64,000 nucleotides of DNA, from positions 29,152,464 through 29,216,463 of the forward strand of contig NC_043011.1 of the NCBI RefSeq assembly GCF_006345805.1, read 5' to 3'. Numbering within the stretch: position 1 is the first letter of the stretch; every line of letters starts with the position of its first letter. Below the pieces are notes generated by a model. It saw nothing but the letters and a program-made list of their open reading frames with translations, did no database searches and was not told the DNA's origin. The position numbers and the translations under genes were made by a program. Below, piece after piece: positions 1-12,416 of this stretch. The DNA is from Octopus sinensis (lineage: Eukaryota).

Positions 1-759
1 TGAATTGTTGAGAATCTTTTAAAACTTGTGTTTATATCTATTGCTCAAATTTCTTTGAAATCGGAAATATATGAATGTTCACTGGGTTTGTGAAAGAGCA
101 AAGCTACGGGAAACCAAAAGACGAATGATCCCCATAAGCAGTCAGCTACCCTACCCTAGTCGTTACCACTCCCCAATGTAGGATTCCTCACCGTATAGGT
201 GACCGGCGCAGCCATAAGATGCATTACAGATCTATAGTAATTGGAAGGGCGTGACCCAACTCAAACTAAACATTAACAACTGTGTGATGTGAGGGCTAAG
301 GGGAAATGAAAGTGTCACCTGTGGGTTTTGCCAATGATCACTATGTCGATAGGTAACTGAACGGAATAAATTGCAGTCTATAAATCTCTATGAATGACCA
401 ATCACTTATCTGGAAAGCCTTTGAAAACAATGTTACTATCTGAGGACTATCTCTGACTCAGTGATAAAAAAAAAAAAACTCAAAGGAGGCTTGCAACCAA
501 ATAACTTTACTCAAAATAACACTTTGCAACTGAATCAGTGGAGGCAAAGATGCCTCCCCTTTACTTGACAATTTATGCACCACATTGCAGAAATCACAAT
601 CTAAGTATATCTCAAAGCAAACTCTCTCACTGTTGTACTATTGAATTACAAATAACACTCATCTTGTATCCTCGGGTTACTCTACAGCTTCGAAGAGTGC
701 AATTGTATTAATCTTATCTTAGGAAAAAACGACTAAATTTTTGGGGTTAAACCCTCACT

Positions 760-1250
760 AAGGGGTCTTACTGACTTCTAAACATGAGACAATGGCCCTA
801 GCCCGAGAGATAACCTCTCCCATTGACATAGAGTGAATGTTCGGCAGCTTTTGCAGCTCGACCGACACATGGCCAGGAAATCCAGTCACAAAGGCTAATT
901 TTACGGATTGTTTTAACGTGCCATCTCTATATCTCACGAGTATAGGCAATCTCCTGATTTCGTTGGCAAACACATCGACCTGTTCGCCCCTCCACTTTGT
1001 TTTCCCCAGTCGACCATATGCCATAAATGGTCCTTCTGTGAAAACCTCCATCAGCCGGCCTTCTATTTTTTCTGCGCTCAACTGGCCCTTCTCTTCCATT
1101 TTCAGGTGTAGCGCCAACGCCTATCCATCGTGGTACAACGGTATAAAACTCGCTAGATCATCTGTATCTTGGAGTCTTGCCACCAACTTAATATTTTGCA
1201 GTCAAGCGGTAATATCTCCCCCACACAAAATGGCCTAAACGTCTCATTCG
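760..1250 (-). mobile_element. Decayed Ty3/Gypsy-type gag fragment
   Basis: Minus-strand translation through stops/frameshift: ...GDITA*LQNIKLVARLQDTDDLASFIPLY..G*ALALHLKMEEKGQL..KIEGRLMEVFTEGPF..YGRL...W.GEQVDVFANEIRRL; the paralog at ~17.1 kb reads TFRPFCGEGDI in frame. Family assignment is from recalled gag motifs. Confidence 0.65.
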
Positions 1251-1809
1251 AAACACGGACCAAACCAATCACTTTTTTTTTCTCCTTTGAGCCGAAATAG
1301 CTTGTGTTGTAAAGGAAGAAAAAAGTCAGAAGCGAAAAGAGAATTACCGTAGTCTTACCTGTCGGTCCGGAGAAAGGGTCACTTTCAACATCCTCGTCTT
1401 GTCACGATCTCCAATGTTCACTCCACGTCCTTGTGTGCTATCCGTTACTCTACCATCTCACACGTCCACTCTGATGTGCTGTTCGCCGTCGACTGACTCT
1501 CGTGCTTCACTGAATGCCGCATATCCACCACGGAACTTCCAGTGGTTTCCACAGACCTCACTTCCGACAGGGCATGCCTACTCCCTCACCTCCGATCCTT
1601 CCCTACAACACAGCAAGGCTCATAACACCACATTATTGTTGCTTATATCCCACCAATAGACCGCGCGTGTTTAATGAGAGAAAAATATTGAAAAAGACAT
1701 AAATAACTGTGAGAGTGTAAACGAGGATGGTGGTCTTGGGATATGCTAAAAACAACAGCCAAATCTCACTTAAATCGCAGACCTTTTCCTCTGAAAATAC
1801 TTATCTTGT

Positions 1810-2010
1810 ATATTTATAATAAAAAAATGGGACAAGAACGCAAAACATCCAGTTAAGTGATACAAAAAAAGGGACAACAAAACATCCAGAGTCTTCTTTC
1901 CTCAGTCGAGTTCCAGATTATGTTTGCAATTTCGGCTGGATATACTCGAGATTGCTCCAATCTGGCCAGCCCCAAGGAAAAACGAAGCTAAGAGGACTAG
2001 ATTCATACAT
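1810..2010 (-). mobile_element. Penelope-associated terminal-repeat fragment
   Basis: Matches 40290-40510 (aaaatgggacaagaacgcaaaacatcc...ctggccagccccaaggaaaa); Penelope assignment inferred. Confidence 0.45.
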
Positions 2011-2213
2011 ATATATGAACCAAACAGGCTCCTTTCAAATTCTTGAAGTGCCAAAATCGGCCAGGATTGGAATGGTGAGGAGAAAAAGAATTAAATTCAC
2101 ACGAAGAGATGCTTCTTTTCATTTCAAAGACTGTATTGAAATTTAAAAAAAGTAAAGCCTAGAACATTCCGCCAGGCGGAAATGTTCCGATAGTCTATTT
2201 TTCGATTATACGA

Positions 2214-2376
2214 CGGGGTGAGCGCGAACGCAGACCCCACACTTAGAAATAGCGCACCCGAGTCGCCCACATTTGGGGCGATCGCAAAGGTCAACCCAAC
2301 CGGAGTGCAATGGAAGGGCCTCACTTTGGGAGAACCACCTAGATGATCATGGTTTACTCCTGTGCCAGGTAAGTAT
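2214..2376 (-). ncRNA. U1: U1 snRNA gene, copy 1
   Basis: 163 nt; 5' AUACUUACCUGG, stem-loop I, loop II AUUGCAC, SL III CAAAUGU loop, SL IV GCG-UUCG-CGC; compensatory pairs versus human U1 (gcac/gugc, cgccc/gggcg). Confidence 0.97.
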
Positions 2377-3184
2377 ATTTTATAGGCGTTCACAAATCTC
2401 ATATAAACGATATTTGCATTGTAACTTCACTGATATTGCCTCTAATATTACCTTGAAATATTAATTTCTCTCTAAATATCATCATATATATTATAGCTCA
2501 ACTACTACAACTCATTATTTCTAATTCAATGGTTTAGTAAGATAATGCTTTAATTTCTTGAAATATTATAAAACTTAGAAATTATAGCCTTGTTTAATCC
2601 AACAGTAACGGCAAATGAACAAGGGAGACAATTCCAGTTTTATTTGTAAGTTTATTGATAAAGATATTTACTGTAATACATTTACTACACAAAACAAACC
2701 AACAAAAGAGCATCTTACCTGATCGTTAGGCATGCTAGATATAACAACGAAATCTTCCTCAAATTACACCCAATGATTTCTATTTTTTACAAAGACGAAA
2801 ACAAACCAACGCCGGTTGTCAAGCGGTAGTGGGTGAGAAATACAACATTCACACACACACACGCGCGCGCGCGCACGCTTTGTGGATGTATTGTGTTTGT
2901 GTGTTTGTATATTTGTATAAGTACTACGTTTATGCATTCTTTGTACATTTATGTGTGTGTGTATATGTGTAAATACTGTTTATGTATTATGTGTTTGCGT
3001 GTATGTATATTTATATGTAAGTAATGTATGTGTTTATGTGTGTGTATTTGTGCATACACGCATGTACAATATATACAATCGACGATGTGTGAACAAGATG
3101 GTTTTTACCTCGATTTCTCTCCCTACTAAGATATTCAGACAAGTTTACAGACGAACACGAAAATCACAGATACACAGACAGACA

Positions 3185-3837
3185 GATATGTTTCTTTATT
3201 AGCCACACAGGGCTGCACACAGACAGGACAGATTACAAAGTAGAGCTTTGCTTTTTTGGGGGGGGGGAACGAAAAAGAAGTGGGGTAGGTTTTCGATCAA
3301 AAGGGATCGTAAAAGGGAAAGAAGAAAAAAAAAACCAAAAAAGGAAAAGAAAACAAAGAAAAAAAGAAAAAGGGGAAAAAAACGATCAATAGGGATCGTG
3401 TATTACAGTGTCATAATGTAATGTGTAAAGGGAAAGCAGATAAGGTTTATCCGTGGGAAGAAAGCCTACGGAAAAGACCACGGTAACCTCGGTCAATATT
3501 GTTACATGTTACCACATTTGTTTTAAATTTCCGGGTTCATAGGATTATGCTCAAGGTGGTTTCGTCATCCATACGTGCCATCCTTGCTACATTCACCCAT
3601 CTTTTTTTAAAACATTTGCTAGACAGAACTTGCCTCTCTACTCTCACTTTCCTTTTCAAGTGATACTTGAAGAAGTTGATGAGAGATTGACCAGAGAGGA
3701 AAGTGTTTGTCTTCAATCCTTTCAGACGCGGATTGGAGACAAACACTTTCCTCTCTGGTCAATCTCTTATCAATTTCTTCAAGTATCACTTGAAAAGGAA
3801 AGTGAGAGTAGAGAGGCAAGTTTTGTCTAGTAAATGT
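3185..3837 (-). mobile_element. 5'-truncated Tx1/L1-like LINE 3' end with fold-back 5' end, copy 1
   Basis: ORF ending RLKGLKTNTFLSGQSLINFFKYHLKRKVRVERQVLSSKCFKKRW...TLSIIL* (stop at 3537), 3' UTR, AATAAA at 3195-3200, ends at a (TCTG)n tract; 3730-3837 is an inverted copy of 3612-3719. Confidence 0.6.
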
Positions 3838-4113
3838 GAACGTCGAAATTCTGTAGCACAAAGTCATGCTTAGTAGTGCAGATGGATAAAAAACAAACTT
3901 CGCTGCTGATGTGGCGCGTGGGTGGGATTAGCACTTATCAGTACGACAAACAAAGCGATAACGAACATGTGATTGTAGCGGGAGCATTTAAGTGAGAAGA
4001 AAAAAGTTTATACTAGACAACTCTTTGAACTACGGGTGAGAGCGACTGAAACAAAACATTTAACTGGAACATGAGAAAATTTCCTCATTTACGTCTATTT
4101 TTGATTGATATGA

Positions 4114-4276
4114 CGGGGTGAGCGCGAACGCAGACCCCACACTTAGAAATAGCGCACCCGAGTCGCCCACATTTGGGGCGATCGCAAAGGTCAACCCAAC
4201 CGGAGTGCAATGGAAGGGCCTCACTTTGGGAGAACCACCTCGATGATCATGGTTTACTCCTGTGCCAGGTAAGTAT
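4114..4276 (-). ncRNA. U1: U1 snRNA gene, copy 2
   Basis: 163 nt, same motifs as copy 1; loop I GAUCAUCGAG. Confidence 0.97.
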
Positions 4277-5130
4277 GTTTTTTAGGCGTTCACTAATCTC
4301 ATATAAACGATATTTGCATTGTAACTTCACTGATATTGCCTCTAATATTACCTTGAAATATTAATTTCTCAGCAAATTTCATTATATATATTATAACTCA
4401 ACTACTACAACTCATTATTTCTAATTCAATGGTTTAGTAAGATAATGCTTTAATTTCTTGAAATATTATAAAATTTAGAAATTATAGTCTTGTTTAATCC
4501 AATAGTAACGGCAAATGAACAAGGGAGACAATTCCAGTTTTATTTGTAAGTTTACCGATAAAGATATTTATTGTAATACATTTACTACACAAAACGAACC
4601 AACAAAAGAGCATCTTACATGATCGTTAGGCATGCTAGATATAACAACGAAATCTTCCTCAAATTACACACAATGATTTCTATTTCTTTTACAAAGATGA
4701 AAACAAACCAGCGCCGGTTGTCAAGCGTTAGTGGGTGAGAAATACAGCATTCACACACACACACACATACACACGCGCTCGCGCACGCTTTGTGGGTGTA
4801 TTGTGTTTGTGTGTGTGTGTATATTTGTATAAGTACTATGTTTATGCATTCTTTGTACATTTATGTATGTGTGTAAGAACTGTTTATGTATGTGTGTGTA
4901 AATACTGTTTATGTATTATGTGTTTGCGTGTATGTATATTTATATGTAAGTAATATAGTGTTTATGTGTGTGTATTTGTGCATGTATGTATATACACACA
5001 TGTACAATATATACACCCGACGATGTGTGAACAAGATGGTTTTTACCTCGATTTCTCTCCCTACGAAGACATTCAGACAAGTTTACAGACGAACACGAAA
5101 ATCACAGACAGACAGACAGACAGACAGATA

Positions 5131-5797
5131 GATATGTTTCTTTATTAGCCACACAGGGCTGCACACAGACAGGACAGATTACAAAGTAGAGCTTTTCTTT
5201 TTTTGGGGGAAAAAAAAAGAAGTGGGGTAGGTTTTCGATCAAAAGGGATCGTAAAAGGAAAAGAAGAAAAAAAAAAACAAAAAAGGAAAAGAAAACAAAG
5301 AAAAAAAAAAAATGGGAAAAAACCGATCAATAGGGATCGTGTATCACAGTGTCATAATGTAAAGTGTAAAGGGGGAAGCTGATAAGGTTTATCCGTGAGA
5401 AGAAAAGCCTACGGAAAAGACCATATTGTTACATGTTACCACATTTGTTTGCAAGTGAGTAACCCTCTGTTTTAAATTTCCGGGTCAATAGGATTATGCT
5501 CAAGGTGGTTTCGTCATTCATACATGCCATCCTTGCTACATTCACCCATCTTTTTTTAAAACATTTGCTAGACAAAACTTGCCTGTCTACTCTCACTTTC
5601 CTTTTCAAGTGATACTTGAAGAAGTTGATGAGAGATTGACCAGAGAGGAAAGTGTTTGTCTTCAATCCTTTCAGACGCGGATTGGAGACAAACACTTTCC
5701 TCTCTGGTCAATCTCTCATCAACTTTTTCACGTATCACTTGAAAAGGAAAGTGAGAGTAGAGAGGCAAGTTTTGTCTAGCGAATGCTTTAAAAAAGG
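5131..5797 (-). mobile_element. Tx1/L1-like LINE 3' end with fold-back, copy 2
   Basis: Duplicate of 3185-3837; inverted arms 5550-5668 / 5679-5797. Confidence 0.6.
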
Positions 5798-6961
5798 CAG
5801 ATAGGTACAGATACATAGCATTTATTACTGTGGAGAAAGTAAGTTATAAATATTTAACAGAGAAGAATGAATATTCATTCGTAATTTTTTTTTTTTTTAA
5901 GAAAAATTTCATGAAACGAAAAGTTTCAATTTTCTTTCCATTTTAGATAGCGTTGAAAAATGTGTGTGCACGCGTGCTTATACACACATACGTCCATACA
6001 TACACAGATGTAAGTAGAGAGCGAGAGAGAAAGGGAGTTGCAACAGAAACTGGAAATTATGTGATCGAGAGAGACAAATATATGAGTGTGACGCGCTTCT
6101 TTAAGCTCCCTCTACCAAATCCAGTCATAAGGCTTTGGTCAGCCCGGGGCTATACTAGAAAACACTCGCCCAAGGTACCACGCAGTGGCCGAATGTGTGT
6201 TAGTATTCGAAAATCACTAGTACATGGAAATCATTGCTGAAAACAAAATTCTCTTCATCCTTTCCGTATTTTAGTCATTGGTCTGCGGCCATGCTGGAGC
6301 ACTGAATTAAAGATTTTAGTCGAACAAATCAACGCCAGTACCTACCACCACCGGTTGTCAGCGGTGTTTGTAGATAAACACAATTTCCGTCCAGTAAATG
6401 TTCTCAACCTTGGTAATGTTTGATTGCCCGGGGCTATGTTAGAAGCCCTAGGTGCACATAGTGGGACTGAACTCGGTTTGGGAAGCAAACTTGAATAAAT
6501 ATTTCGTTTCTGTAAAGTGTCGAGAAATCAGCTGGCTTAAAAATTCTGAGTAATGAGACTTATACCGAAAGATTATTAACGAGACCGTTTGGGAAGACGT
6601 GAAAACACGAAATCAATCTCGGTGCAAAACAATATTTAGTCAGTTTTGTACATTGAGTGGTTCTCGAGATCATGGGGCGGGGTGCGATCTGTGAACGTCG
6701 AAATTCTGTAGCACAAAGTCATGATTAGAAGTGCAGATGGATAAAACACAAACTTCGCTACTGATGTGGCATGTGGCTGGGATTAGCACTTATCAGTACG
6801 ACAACCAGAAGCGATAACGAACATGTGAGTGTAGTAGGGGTATTTAAGTGAGGGCAAAAAAGTTTCTACTCTTTGAATTACGGGTGAGAGAGACTGAAAA
6901 AAGACATTTAACTGAAAGATGAGAACATTTCCTCATTTACGTCTATTTTTGATTGATATGA

Positions 6962-7124
6962 CGGGGTGAGCGCGAACGCAGACCCCACACTTAGAAATAG
7001 CGCACCCGAGTCGCCCACATTTGGGGCGATCGCAAAGGTCAACCCAACCGGAGTGCAATGGAAGGGCCTCACTTTGGGAGAACCACCTAGATGATCATGG
7101 TTTACTCCTGTGCCAGGTAAGTAT
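6962..7124 (-). ncRNA. U1: U1 snRNA gene, copy 3
   Basis: 163 nt, same motifs; loop I GAUCAUCUAG. Confidence 0.97.
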
Positions 7125-7507
7125 GTTTTTTTGGCGCTCACAAATCTCATATAAACGATATTTGCATTGTAACTTCACTGATATTGCCTCTAATATTACC
7201 TTGAAATATTAATTTCTCAGCAAATTTCATTATATATATTATAACTCAACTACTACAACTCATTATTTCTAATTCAATGGTTTAGTAAGATAATGCTTTA
7301 ATTTCTTGAAATATTATAAAATTTAGAAATTATAGTCTTGTTTAATCCAACAGTAACGGCAAACAAACAAGGGAGATAATTCCAGTTTTATTTGTAAGTT
7401 TACTGATAAAAATATTTACTGTAATACATTTACTACTACAAAACGAGTCAACGAAAAAGTCATTACAAGGTCGCTAGACAAGCTAGATATAACAACCAAA
7501 TCTTCCT

Positions 7508-7558
7508 GACAAGTTGTGGTGCACCTGAGCACTGTATACAATAATTTCATTATTATTT
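7508..7558 (+). mobile_element. ~50-bp CR1-type LINE 3' tail insertion
   Basis: caagttgtggtgcacctgagcactgtatacaataattt-(att)n matches the CR1 3' end at ~63070-63145; absent from paralogous flanks at ~24285 and ~26700. Confidence 0.75.
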
Positions 7559-8260
7559 TATATACACAATGATTTTGTTTTCTTTTTAGAAAAATAAAGA
7601 CATTTGGTAATATAATTTTAGACACAGATATAACTAGGTTTTGTCAAGTATGGAATATTTTTCATCATAGTCCTGATTGACTTGATAGGTCAATAACTAT
7701 CAGAAAATTGATGAAAGCATAGAGAAAAAGAGAAATGATAAGGGTAGAGATGGCAACAGAAGGGTGGGTGGGGTAGAAATCTGAGTTAGAAAGGGATTTT
7801 GGTATGCCATGTTATAATTCATAATTTAAACCACTGGGTCTTAACTGGGGTCCATACAAGTTTTGTTGTTAAAATTTATGAGCAAGAAACTGGTTATATT
7901 TCTATAATACATAACATATATATTTTTTTATACAATTCCTAATAATATTTAATCATAAAAATATAGTAGGAATTTTTATACATCGAATGACTATGACAGT
8001 CCCTGCTTCCTGAGTAAAATAGGAATCAACAGGGACCATAAGCAAAAAATTGGTTGATAATCACCGATTTAAACTGAATCAGTGAAGTTAATAGGCAGAG
8101 CAGCATGGTGTAGTGGACGTGTACTGAGCCCATAACTTATAGGTTACTAGCTTAAAAGCCACACTCCGGTGGGACATTTAAACTAACCACTGCAGAGAGC
8201 TAATTGGGCCTGTGGCTCAAAACTAAAGAGAGCTAAATAACATGATTATAATACATCTAT

Positions 8261-8492
8261 AGGCGAGCTGCCAGAATCGTTAGCACACTGGGCGAAATGC
8301 TTAGCGGCATTTCGTCTGCCATTGCATTCTGATTTCAAATTCTGCCAAGGTTGACTTTGCCTTTCATCCTTTCAGGGTCGATTAAATAAGTACCAGTTAT
8401 GTACTAGAGTTGATGTAATCGACTTAAACCCTTTGTCTGTCCGTGTTTGTCCCCTCTAGCTTTAGCCCCCTGTGGGCAATAAAGGAATAATA
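8261..8492 (+). mobile_element. tRNA-derived SINE, family B
   Basis: ggcgagctg(g)cagaatcgttagcac head, gttcaaattc B-box-like motif; homologs at 23347-23577(-), 27399-27513, 44870-45025(-), 48915-49120, 51885-52104(-), 59385-59820(-, two tandem). Confidence 0.8.
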
Positions 8493-8897
8493 ATACATCT
8501 ATAATGACTATATGCCCTGGTGGTGTTTGATCAGAGGTTAAGGATGGACGAGAATTAATTCTGTAATGCAGTCATTCTATTGTTCCAGTCCCAAGTTGAA
8601 TTCCAACAGTTGGCTGATTCATCCCAAAGTTCTTATCTCAACGTATAATTTACGAAGAAAATGTCATTTATTTGCCCCTTGATCTCTGATGTCATCTGAA
8701 TCAGCCAAGCTTTACTGCTAGAAATAGCAACCCAAATGCTTTTAAATCAGATTCCAATTCCGTATGTTCAAGAACCAAATGAAGGGCAGATTTTCAATCC
8801 CAGGATCATCCTGACTCCATAAAGGCATAGTATGTCTATGAAGAGCAAATGAAGCTGAGTCACTTATGTTTATGTAATATGTGTTTGTGTACATGCA

Positions 8898-9462
8898 TTG
8901 GGTTGTCCGGAAAGTTTTGCCGATTTATAGTAGCTTACCTTTCGACTTATTTTAGAACATGGTTGAGTCCATAAAACAGGATTTGACTACACCTCCATTT
9001 AGAGCACAGTTTAAGCTGTCTTTTCGTGGAAGAAGATTTATGTTCCTATAACCTGTGTTAATTCTGTAACCCTTTAAAATGGAAGATAAGAAAGTCCATT
9101 TTTGGCACTTGATACTTTGGGAACCAGACAAAAATTGCTGCAGCTTGGTTGGGATGTGTTACCCCACCCTCCATATTCACCAGATATTGCTCCTTCAGAT
9201 TTCCACTTATTCAGGTCTCTGCAGAATAGTCTTAATGATAAAAATTTCAATTCCTTGGATGACGTAAAAAGATACCTTGATGAATTCTTTGCCATGAAAC
9301 CACCTCAGTTCTGGGAAGAGGGTATTTTCAAGTTAAAGGAAAGATGGAGACGCATTGTGCAACAAAATGGTTCATATTTGGTTGATTAAAAATGTAATGG
9401 CAAGTATTTATCGACCTTTTTCTTTCCTTTAAAAATCGGCACAAACTTTCCGGACAGCCCAA
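8898..9462 (+). mobile_element. Internally deleted Mariner transposon
   Basis: TIRs ttgggttgtccggaaagt / actttccggacagcccaa; ORF 9102-9389 with WDVLPHPPYSPDIAPSDFHLFRSLQ mariner C-terminal motif. Confidence 0.92.
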
Positions 9463-9691
9463 TATATTTTGTAAGTACTATGTTTATGCATTTTGTGCAT
9501 ATATGTGTTATGTGTGTATGTATATCTGTGTGTATAAGTGTAAGTATGTATTTATGTGCATGTATGTATATTTGTGTATGTATGTTTATACACACATACA
9601 TATACAATACTTACACAAATATATATATATACACACAAACACTTAATACATACACAAAATATACATAAACATAAGTAATTCAGCTTTTTTT

Positions 9692-9907
9692 TTATTCTTT
9701 TATTTGTTTCAGTCATTTGACTGCGGCCATGTTGGGGCACCGCCTTTAGTTGAGCAAATCGACCTCAGGACTTATTCTTTGTAAGCCTAGCACTTATTCG
9801 ATCAGTCTCTCTTGCCGAATTGCTAAGTGACGGGGATGTAAACACACCAGCATCGGTTGTCAAGCGATGTTGGGGGGACAAAAGCAGACACAGAAATATA
9901 TACATAC

Positions 9908-9967
<60 letters not shown>

Positions 9968-10123
9968 TGGGCTCCTTTCAGTTTCCATCTACCAAATCCA
10001 CTCACAAGGCTTTGGTCGGCCTGAGGCTAGAGCAGAAGACACTTGCCCAAGGTGTCACACAGTGGGACTGAACCCAGAACTATGTGGTTGGTAAGCAAGC
10101 TACTTACCACACAGCCACTCCTG
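9692..10123 (-). mobile_element. tRNA-derived SINE, family A
   Basis: Head caggagtggctgtgtggtaagtagcttgcttaccaaccac...gttcagtcccac, central (TA)n, tail cagtcaaatgactgaaacaa; abundant in the window. Confidence 0.85.
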
Positions 10124-11587
10124 TGCTGAAAAGTAAAATTAAAGAAATAAGTTTTTTCTTTGCTGCTTATTTTAACCAAAAGTTTGGCAATTATTTTACT
10201 CATTGCATTACTGTGATGAATCCATTTATATAATAATGGTGCTTTTTAGTAATGCAATATGCAGAAGAGATTGATATTTGAACACACAACAGACTGAGAA
10301 CACATGATATTGTCAATATTTTTCTTTCTATTCCTGTCATTTCTCAATCTTTTGTAATACAAATCTCTTAACATTTACACCCATATAAACGCTTCATTTC
10401 TTCTGACACAGTATCAAACAATGTTGGATACAGGCAGTGGCTGTATCGTTATTAAACTGAATTTCTAATATTTGTCTCTAACTCAGTTATACCAGAGTAG
10501 TTAAGTGAGAGGAGAATTTGATTAATGTTCTATTATTTCAACTGTATATAGAGTTTATACCTTTTGTAATGGAGAACAAAGGTTAAGTAATCCTGATATC
10601 ATCCCTAACATTTGCAAACACTAGTAAAGTTAAATAGCTTCTTGAATCATACCAACTCATTTGGGCCGGTTTCCTGATTTCATGGTGTACATATTCCCCA
10701 CCTTGATGGGATGCTGGTCCGTCGCAAGATTACTCATTTTTGCCACATAACTCCTTAGTATACATACTGTGTTGTAAGTACTCGGTCACCGTTGTTGTGC
10801 TCTTTGAATTGAGCATTGTTTGCGTTGTGGTTGTCAAAACTCATTTTATTAAAATTATAACCGTACATCGATTTTCTCGTTACATACTTTCTTTTTTGGT
10901 CTCGGTTTGAAAATGTGAAATAAAGTGTTTTACTCAAGAACACAAAATGTCGTCCAGTCCAGGAATCAAAACCAGTACCTTATGATCAAGAGTTCAATAC
11001 CCCAAACATTAAGCCATGGGCCTCTACAGTTGCAAACACTGTCAATGAAACTATGACTTACCTGAGAAATAAGGTAACAACAGTAACATTGACAGCTGAA
11101 TTTACCATTAATTTTGTTTATGTATATAAAATATTACATCTAAAACAGCTTTTAAAATTTAGTTACCCAATATGTGCAGGTGTGGCTGTATGGTAAGAAG
11201 TTAGCTTCCCAACCACATGGTTTCAGGTTCAGTAGGTAGGCCTTGTGTCTCAAAACAATCTTTTGGTTCTGTGCACATGTTTGGCCTATTTTATAAAAAT
11301 ATGTAATGAAGCCTTACAAATGCCCAACGAACTTTGACAAGCCGCAATCTCATGGCCTGTTTCATCTCGTTCACTGCACTTCAGTCGTTCAAAATATTTA
11401 AAGTCCTTCTTATAGTCTAGTGGCTTACCGTTGGGAGTGATCAGTGTAAGGTAGCTGGAGTGAGATATGATTTTAAGATTTGCCTGTTTTGCATAATTGC
11501 TCTATGTTGGTGAAAGCCTCTAAAAAGCAATTACAAATACAAAGTCCTCTTGTGCCCAGAACTAAGATACAAATAGGCTCTGTTTTA

Positions 11588-11994
11588 CTCTTTTATGCTT
11601 TTACTTGTTTCAGTCATTTGACTGTGGCCATGCTGGAGCACCGCCCTTAGTTGAGCAAATCGACCCCAAGACATATTCTTTGTAAGCCTAGCACTTATTC
11701 TATAAAATTTTTCATGAACCGCTAAGTTATGGAGGTGTAAACACACCAGCATTGCTTGTCAAGCAATGTTGGGGGGACAAACACAGACACAAAAACACAC
11801 ACACACACATATATATATACATATACATATATATACATATATATGACGGGCTGCTTTCAGTTTCCATCTACCAAGTCCACTCACTATAGCCTGAGGCTAT
11901 AGTAGAAGACACTTGCCCAAGGTTCCACACAGTGGGACTGAATCTGGAACCATGTGGTTGGTAAGCAAGCTACTTACCACACAGCCATGCCTGC
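11588..11994 (-). mobile_element. SINE family A
   Basis: Full head-to-tail homology to 9692-10123. Confidence 0.85.
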
Positions 11995-12284
11995 GTCTAT
12001 ACAAACTTTTTTATATTATTTGTTATTCTTATTAATTTTGTTTTCAGGTATATCTTTTTATCTTTTACCTATTTCAGTTGTTAGACTACGGCCATGCTGG
12101 GGCATCACTATGAAGAACCTGTAGTTGAATTAATCGTCCCCAAGACTTATTTTTTGTTCAAGCCTGATACTTATTCTATTGGTCTCTTTTTGCTGAACTG
12201 CAAAGTTACAGGGACATAAACAAGACATAAACTGGTTGTGAAGCAGTAGTGGGGACAAACACAGACACAAAGACATATACATAT

Positions 12285-12333
<49 letters not shown>

Positions 12334-12336
12334 TAC

Positions 12337-12410
<74 letters not shown>

Positions 12411-12416
<6 letters not shown>

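Larger units (their letters stand above)
1..2810. repeat. Segment duplicated at 16511-18180 (Gypsy remnant + U1 + upstream flank)
   Basis: Direct sequence match from position 1 (tgaattgttgagaatc) to 16511 (tgaatagttgagaatc); second copy lacks ~539-1160 and ~1536-2072. Confidence 0.9.

Noticed and set aside
2366-2376. Perfect 5' splice site CAGGTAAGTAT on + strand
   Set aside because: Simply the antisense of the U1 5' end
2124-2464. ORFs overlapping U1 copies (MGRSQRST..., MRFV...)
   Set aside because: Incidental frames across the snRNA gene, repeated only because U1 is duplicated
3619-3867. Same peptide encoded on both strands (PLYSHFPFQVILEE...)
   Set aside because: A consequence of the palindrome, not a gene
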